A DNA stretch of 64,000 nucleotides. It comes from Squalus acanthias. Its lineage: Eukaryota. The translations under genes were made by a program, and so were the position numbers. The notes beneath the pieces were generated by a model. The model saw only the letters and a program-made list of their open reading frames with translations. It ran no database searches and was not told the origin of the DNA. The stretch is taken from assembly GCA_030390025.1 (NCBI GenBank), contig CM059432.1, positions 153,390,001 to 153,454,000 on the forward strand, written 5' to 3'. Within the stretch, counting starts at the first letter, position 1; each line of letters starts with the position of its first letter. Below, piece by piece: positions 58,623 through 64,000 of this stretch.

Positions 58623-59361
58623 AGGGGAGAAATTGGGTGCCTTTGCGCCTCCCGTTATCGCCTCCGGGGGATGATAATGGGGCGCTAACCACTTACCGCC
58701 CGGGCGCGGCGAGAATATCGCCTCCCGCTAAATTCGGCGGGAGGTTTGTGGCAGCAGTATGGCGTTGCGCCCTGATCTCCTTCGCCTGGAGATCGTGACG
58801 TTGCGCCCCGGACCCGAACTTCGGTTTCGCCCCCTGCAGCATCGCCAGGCGACAACACCGGCAGCTGCAGGAAGCGTTGTTCGGGAGGCCGGGCGCTTCG
58901 CGGGCGAAAGTTAAAGGGGAGGTTGCCGAGGTAAAAGTGCCTACATTTTTTTAATTGTTTGGGTCAATTTTTTTTCCCTTCTCCTGGGCCGCGATCGATC
59001 AGCCCGGGACTCTGCTGGAGTGCACGGGGCTGATCGAGTCGGATCACGGTCGCCGTCGGGGACCATCTACCTGGTCCCAATGCAGAGTCTGCAGCGATGG
59101 CCCTTCCCTTTAAGGGAGGGAAGGAGTCTCGGAACACGGCAGCGCTTCACAGGACATCGTGCAGCGCTGCACCACTACCGCCCCGCCTGCGTCCTTTAGC
59201 GCTCCAGGAAGGAAGTGGAGCGCTTGATTTAGTGCTCCACCTCCTTCCTGGAACGCTAAACCCAATTTTGTGAAAGCTGGGAATCATTAGCGCCTGGCGC
59301 TAAGTTTCCCAGCTTTCAAAGGTTACCGCCCCCAAACGGAGCGATAATGAATTTCTCCCCC
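58623..59361. mobile_element. GC-rich Harbinger-type MITE
   Basis: AGGGGAGAAATT and AATTTCTCCCCC ends; TAC on both flanks. Confidence 0.85.
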
Positions 59362-60243
59362 TACTTTTCTAACTGTTCTTTTAATTTTGATTCTGGGACC
59401 CTGGCTTCCGGAGTTTACGATGTTAAATCCAGTTTCTGTGGACCAGTGGCAGGCTACGAGATTGAGTTATGCCTAAGGCAGATGGCGCACCGGTGCCTAC
59501 CAAGCACCCAGTACATAGGCTGCATGTACATCGTGTAGCCTGACAGGCTGCGCAGCTGTCGAGTGCGAGGCTCGTTATGGGCCCAAATGTTACTTAACAT
59601 AAGGGGACTGTCCCATAATGTTTGTAGAGCTGGAACTGTGAACGGTACTGCGGACAGACCTGGAACCCACATTGTGAGCGGCTATCAAGCTAACCGCTGC
59701 CTTGAACATTTATGTCACTGAGTACTTCTAAGCAACAGCTGAAGATTTCTGCCCAGTATCCCAGCCTGAAGTGCACAGTTGCCTCATGCAGATCACACAT
59801 GCCTTAGTTCCCTGGCAAGTCAATGCTTCTATTTGCCCATGAAAAATCTGCAGCAGCAAAACTTCACTCTGCAAATGGGCTGTTAGAGAAAGCAGGATAA
59901 GACCGGCAGCAGCAACCAGAGACAGGAGGTGGCCCTGATCAAGAGCCAGAACTGTACAACCAACTGGCCACTCAACAAAAATTTTAAGGCAGGTTTTAAT
60001 AGACGAAACATTTACTTAAGTGCCTGAAACATCTAATGCATAAAAATCATCTGCTCATGTACTCTGGCCAAATAAATTGCTGACATTGCCCACCTTATGA
60101 ATACAATAATATTTATCCCCATTTATTTTATTCTGTCCTACATCAAATGAAGTCTCACAACACATTAGAGCTCCAGTTATTCCAAATTTTATTTCCCTTA
60201 GATGTGCTCAACGTGTTTCAACTCAGTTTCTCCCTTTTATATA

Positions 60244-60815
60244 GTGGGGGAATTTTAACCCCAAAAAACGGGTGGGTTGGGGTCAGGTGGGAAGTTAAAG
60301 TGTTAAAAATCTGAATCCTGACCAGAACCCGCCCACTTCAGGGGAGGCGAGCAGCCAATCCGCTCGCAGGAGGTGGGTCATGCATTTATAATGAGGCTGC
60401 CGCGCCTCAGATTTAACCTCCATTTTAAATTTAACTGTAGCTGGTCAGGTTTTGTAGGCCTCATGAAACCCACCAGCTAAAGTAAGGCGAGGACTGCTGG
60501 ATCCAGGAGGTAAGAGCCTTTACACTTACCTCCTGGATCCAGAGTCCATGCCTAACCCACCCCCCGCAATCGGAGACCCCCCTGCCAAGGCCTCTGACCT
60601 CCCACCCAGGCCTCCGATTCCCCCCCATGAGGCCTCCGATCTACCTGTCCCTCCCCTGCTCCTCCATCCACCGATCGATCCGGCCAACCCCTGTCCCGCT
60701 CCTCCGGCCACTAATCGGACCCCCTGGATCGGACCTGACACCCCCCCGCTCCTCCGATCAGCCATTCCAGCCACACCCCCCGCTACCAATCTGCCTACCG
60801 ATTAAAATTCAGGCC
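60244..60815. mobile_element. Harbinger-type MITE
   Basis: GGGGGAATTTTAA and TTAAAATTCAGGCC ends; ATA(GT) on both flanks. Confidence 0.7.
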
Positions 60816-61189
60816 ATAGTGTATGTCGTCCACTTCCTACCCATATGCTCCTTTTAGGTATCGCCCCAGCAGAAAGAGGAGTGAGCTGGATGGATTCTGG
60901 GTCTCTGTGTCTGTCTTCAGAGATGGAGGTGGTCCAGTACATCCTTGTGCTGGGTCAGGAGATGACTCTGCAATTCTAGGCACCACACCTATTGCTGCAG
61001 TGACTGCCTGAGCCTGTGTGCTATTGGCAGTCATTTGAGCAGGGAGGCTGGGAGTTCTAAATGTAGCATCTCCATGCCAGCTTCCCTCAGCGCTCCCTCA
61101 GTAGGTCCAGATATGTGTGTCAGAGCAGCTGTGTGTCAACAATGCGACAGTTGACGCCCTTCACTATGGCTGTCTCAATCTCATTCGGG

Positions 61190-64000
61190 TCCCATGGCGG
61201 CCGCCATTATCGGATGGGCGGCAGCGCTGCCGATATCGGCGCTCACCAAAATTATGTAGATGATGCAGATCGTTTCGTCAGTGAGTGCGCAACGCTCACT
61301 TGACGCCCAATCTGCAGGTTTCGACTTCGCTGCTCCACTTCCGACACGTCTTAAGTGCGACCAGCTGAGCAAACCTTGAGAAGCAGGAAGGAGGCTCCAG
61401 CAACGGTATTTAAAGGGATCATCAGCAGCTACTTGCACCTGACATGTTTCTGCAGTTTGACTGGCTCTGTGCAACTTTCTGCAACTCCAGCAGCTTTATT
61501 AACTTCTTTCAAGGTTCTAAGGTAATAGGGAGTGTTGTTGCAAGTGGAGAACATCTTTATTCTTATTATAAGAACATAAGAACATAAGACGTAGGAGCAG
61601 AAGCAGGTCATTTGGCCCCTCGAGCCTGCTCCGCCATTCAATAAGATCATGGCTGATCTGATCTTGGCCTCAACTCCACTTCCCTGCTCGCTCCCCATAA
61701 CCCTCGACTCCCTTACCTTTCAAAAATCTGTCTATCTCCACCTTAAATATATTCAATGATCCAGCCTCCACAGCTCTCTGCGGAAGAGAATTCCAAAGAT
61801 TCACGACCCTCTGAGAGAAGAAATTCCTCCTCATTTCCGATTTAAAAGGGTGCCCCCTTATTCTGAAATTATGCCCCCTAGTTCTAGATTCCCCCACGAG
61901 GGGAAACATCCTCTCTGCATCTACCCTGTCAAGCCCCTTCAGAATCTTATATGTTTCAATAAGATCCCCTCTCATTCTTCTAAACTCCAATGAGTATAGG
62001 CCCAACCTGCTCAACCTTTCTTCATAAGACAACCCCTTCATCTCCGGAATCAACCTCGTGAACTTTCTCTGAACTGTCTCCAATGCAAGTATATCCTTCC
62101 TTAAATAAGGAGACCAAAACTGTACGCAGTACTCCAGGTGTGGTCTCACCAACGCCTTGTACAGTTGTAACAGGACTTCCCTACTTTTATACTCCATTCC
62201 CTTTGCAATAAAGGCCAACATTCCATTTGCCTTCCTAATTACTTGCTGTACCTGCATGCTAACTTTTTGTGATTCATGTACAAGGACCCCCAGATCCCTC
62301 TGTACCTCAGCATTTTGTAATCTCTCCCCATTTAAATAATAGTTTGCTTTTTTATTTTTCCTACCAAAGTGGATAACCTCGCATTTTCCCACATTAAACT
62401 CCATCTGCCAGATTTTTGCCCACTCACTTAGCCTATCTATATCCCTTTGGAGATTCTTTGCATCCTCCACACAATCTGCTTTCCCACCTATCTTTGTATC
62501 ATCAGCAAATTTGGCTACATTACACTCAGTCCCTTCATCCAAGTTATTAATATAGATTGTAAATAGTTGAGGCCCCAGCACTGATCCCTGCGGCACCCCA
62601 CTAGTTACAGTTTGCCAACCTGAAAATTACCCATTTATCCCGACTCTCTGTTTTCTGTTAGTTAGCCAATCCTCTATCCATGTTAATATATTACCCCCAA
62701 CCCCGTGAGCTCTTATTTGTGCAGTAACCTTTTATGTGGCACCTTATTAAATGCCTTCTGGAAATCCAAATACACGACATCTACTGGTTCCCCTTTATCC
62801 ACCCTGCTCGTTACATCCTCAAAGAATTCCAGCAAATTTGTCAAACATGATTTCCCTTTCATAAAACCATGCTGACTCTGCTTGACTATATTATGATTTT
62901 CTAAATGTCCTGCTACCACTTCCTTAATTCGCTCCAGCATTTTCCCAATGACAGATGTTAGGCTAACTGGTCGATAGTTGCCTGCTTTCTGTCTCCCACT
63001 TTTCTTAAATAGGGGCGTTACATTTGCGGTTTTCCAGTCCGCTGGGACCTCTCCAGAATCCAGGGAATTTTGGTAGATTACAACCAATGCATCCACTATC
63101 TCTACAGCCACCTCTTTTAAGACCCTAGGATGCAGGCCATTGGGTCCAGGGGACTTGTCCACCTTTAGTCCCATTAGTTTGCCTAGTACTTTCTCTCTAG
63201 TGATAGTGATTGTTTTACGTTCCTCCCCCACCCCAATAGCCCCTTGATTATCCATTATTGGGATGCTTTTAGTGTCTTCTACCGTGAAGACCGATACAAT
63301 TATTTAAAGGCTTGTGCTCACAACACTTGCTCACAGTCATGAGGGCTGTACTGGCCGTCCCCCTCGTGCTCGAGTATCTTAGGGAGAGGGAGCGGAGGCA
63401 GCGAAGAAGAGGAGAAGATGCTCACAGAGGGAGGAGGAGGGTCAGGAGGGCTCTCAACAGGGGGCCTTACCCACCTAGGGTCTGTCGCGATCACTTCTCT
63501 TATATCCACTTAAGCGAGGGGCAGTGTATTAGGTGGCTTCGCTTCACCAAGGAGGTGGTCACAGAACTCTGCCACCTCCTGCAACCAGACCTGCAGCCTG
63601 AGAGCAGGGCGAACACGGCTCTCCCAGTGGCATCAAGGTCACCGTGGCCCTCAATTTCTTCACCAGCGGATCCTTCCAGTCTGCAGCAGGAGACATAGCT
63701 AACGTAGCTCACAGGTCGTCGCCCATTGCTGCATTCGGGAGGTCACAGAGGCTCTCTACACCCGGAGAAAGGACTACGTTTTCTTCTCTCTAAGCAGAGA
63801 GAAACAGGACGAATGGCATGTGGCTTTGCCAGAATAGCGGGTTTCCCATGGAGCAGGGCGCCATCGACTGCACCCACGTGGCTTTGCGGGCGCCGCATAA
63901 CAATCCTGAGATCTTCCGTAACCACAAAGGCTGCCGCTTACTTAATGTGCAGTTAGTGTGCAATCACGCCCAGCGCTTCCTGATGGACAATGCCCGCTAT
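61190..64000 (+). mobile_element. Harbinger transposase-side fragment running off the window, split by CR1
   Basis: Leader similar to 53570-53980; ATG at 63339; RGPYPPRV and GAIDCTHVA; frameshifted. Confidence 0.85.
61568..63299 (-). mobile_element. 5'-truncated CR1 LINE
   Basis: RT ORFs 62713-63255 and 61670-62596; TTATT duplicated at 61563-61567 and 63300-63304. Confidence 0.95.

Overview
Eukaryotic, gene-poor and almost entirely transposon-derived DNA; the repeat families suggest a cartilaginous fish (shark-like), which is an inference. I can support no host protein-coding exon, rRNA, true tRNA or CRISPR array. Contents: (i) many CR1 LINE fragments plus one full-length CR1 (7440-12377) with two uninterrupted frames, a 149-bp monomer 5'UTR and a U_UUA_AAC slippery site joining ORF1 to an AUG-less ORF2; (ii) a nest of PIF/Harbinger two-gene elements (DDE transposase plus convergent Myb/SANT gene) and their MITEs with 3-bp target duplications, one with an open 409-codon transposase; (iii) L2 LINE pieces, tRNA-headed Deu-type SINEs, hAT MITEs and Penelope-like ends, one with a minimal hammerhead ribozyme; (iv) a 1.77-kb TG...CA solo-LTR-like insert. 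The most unusual object is a 3.1-kb single-ORF LINE (43781-46901, minus) that starts with a tRNA-derived A/B-box head and has no TTTT on its sense strand, which suggests a retrotransposon transcribed by RNA polymerase III. Boundaries of old fragments are approximate and all counts were made by eye.
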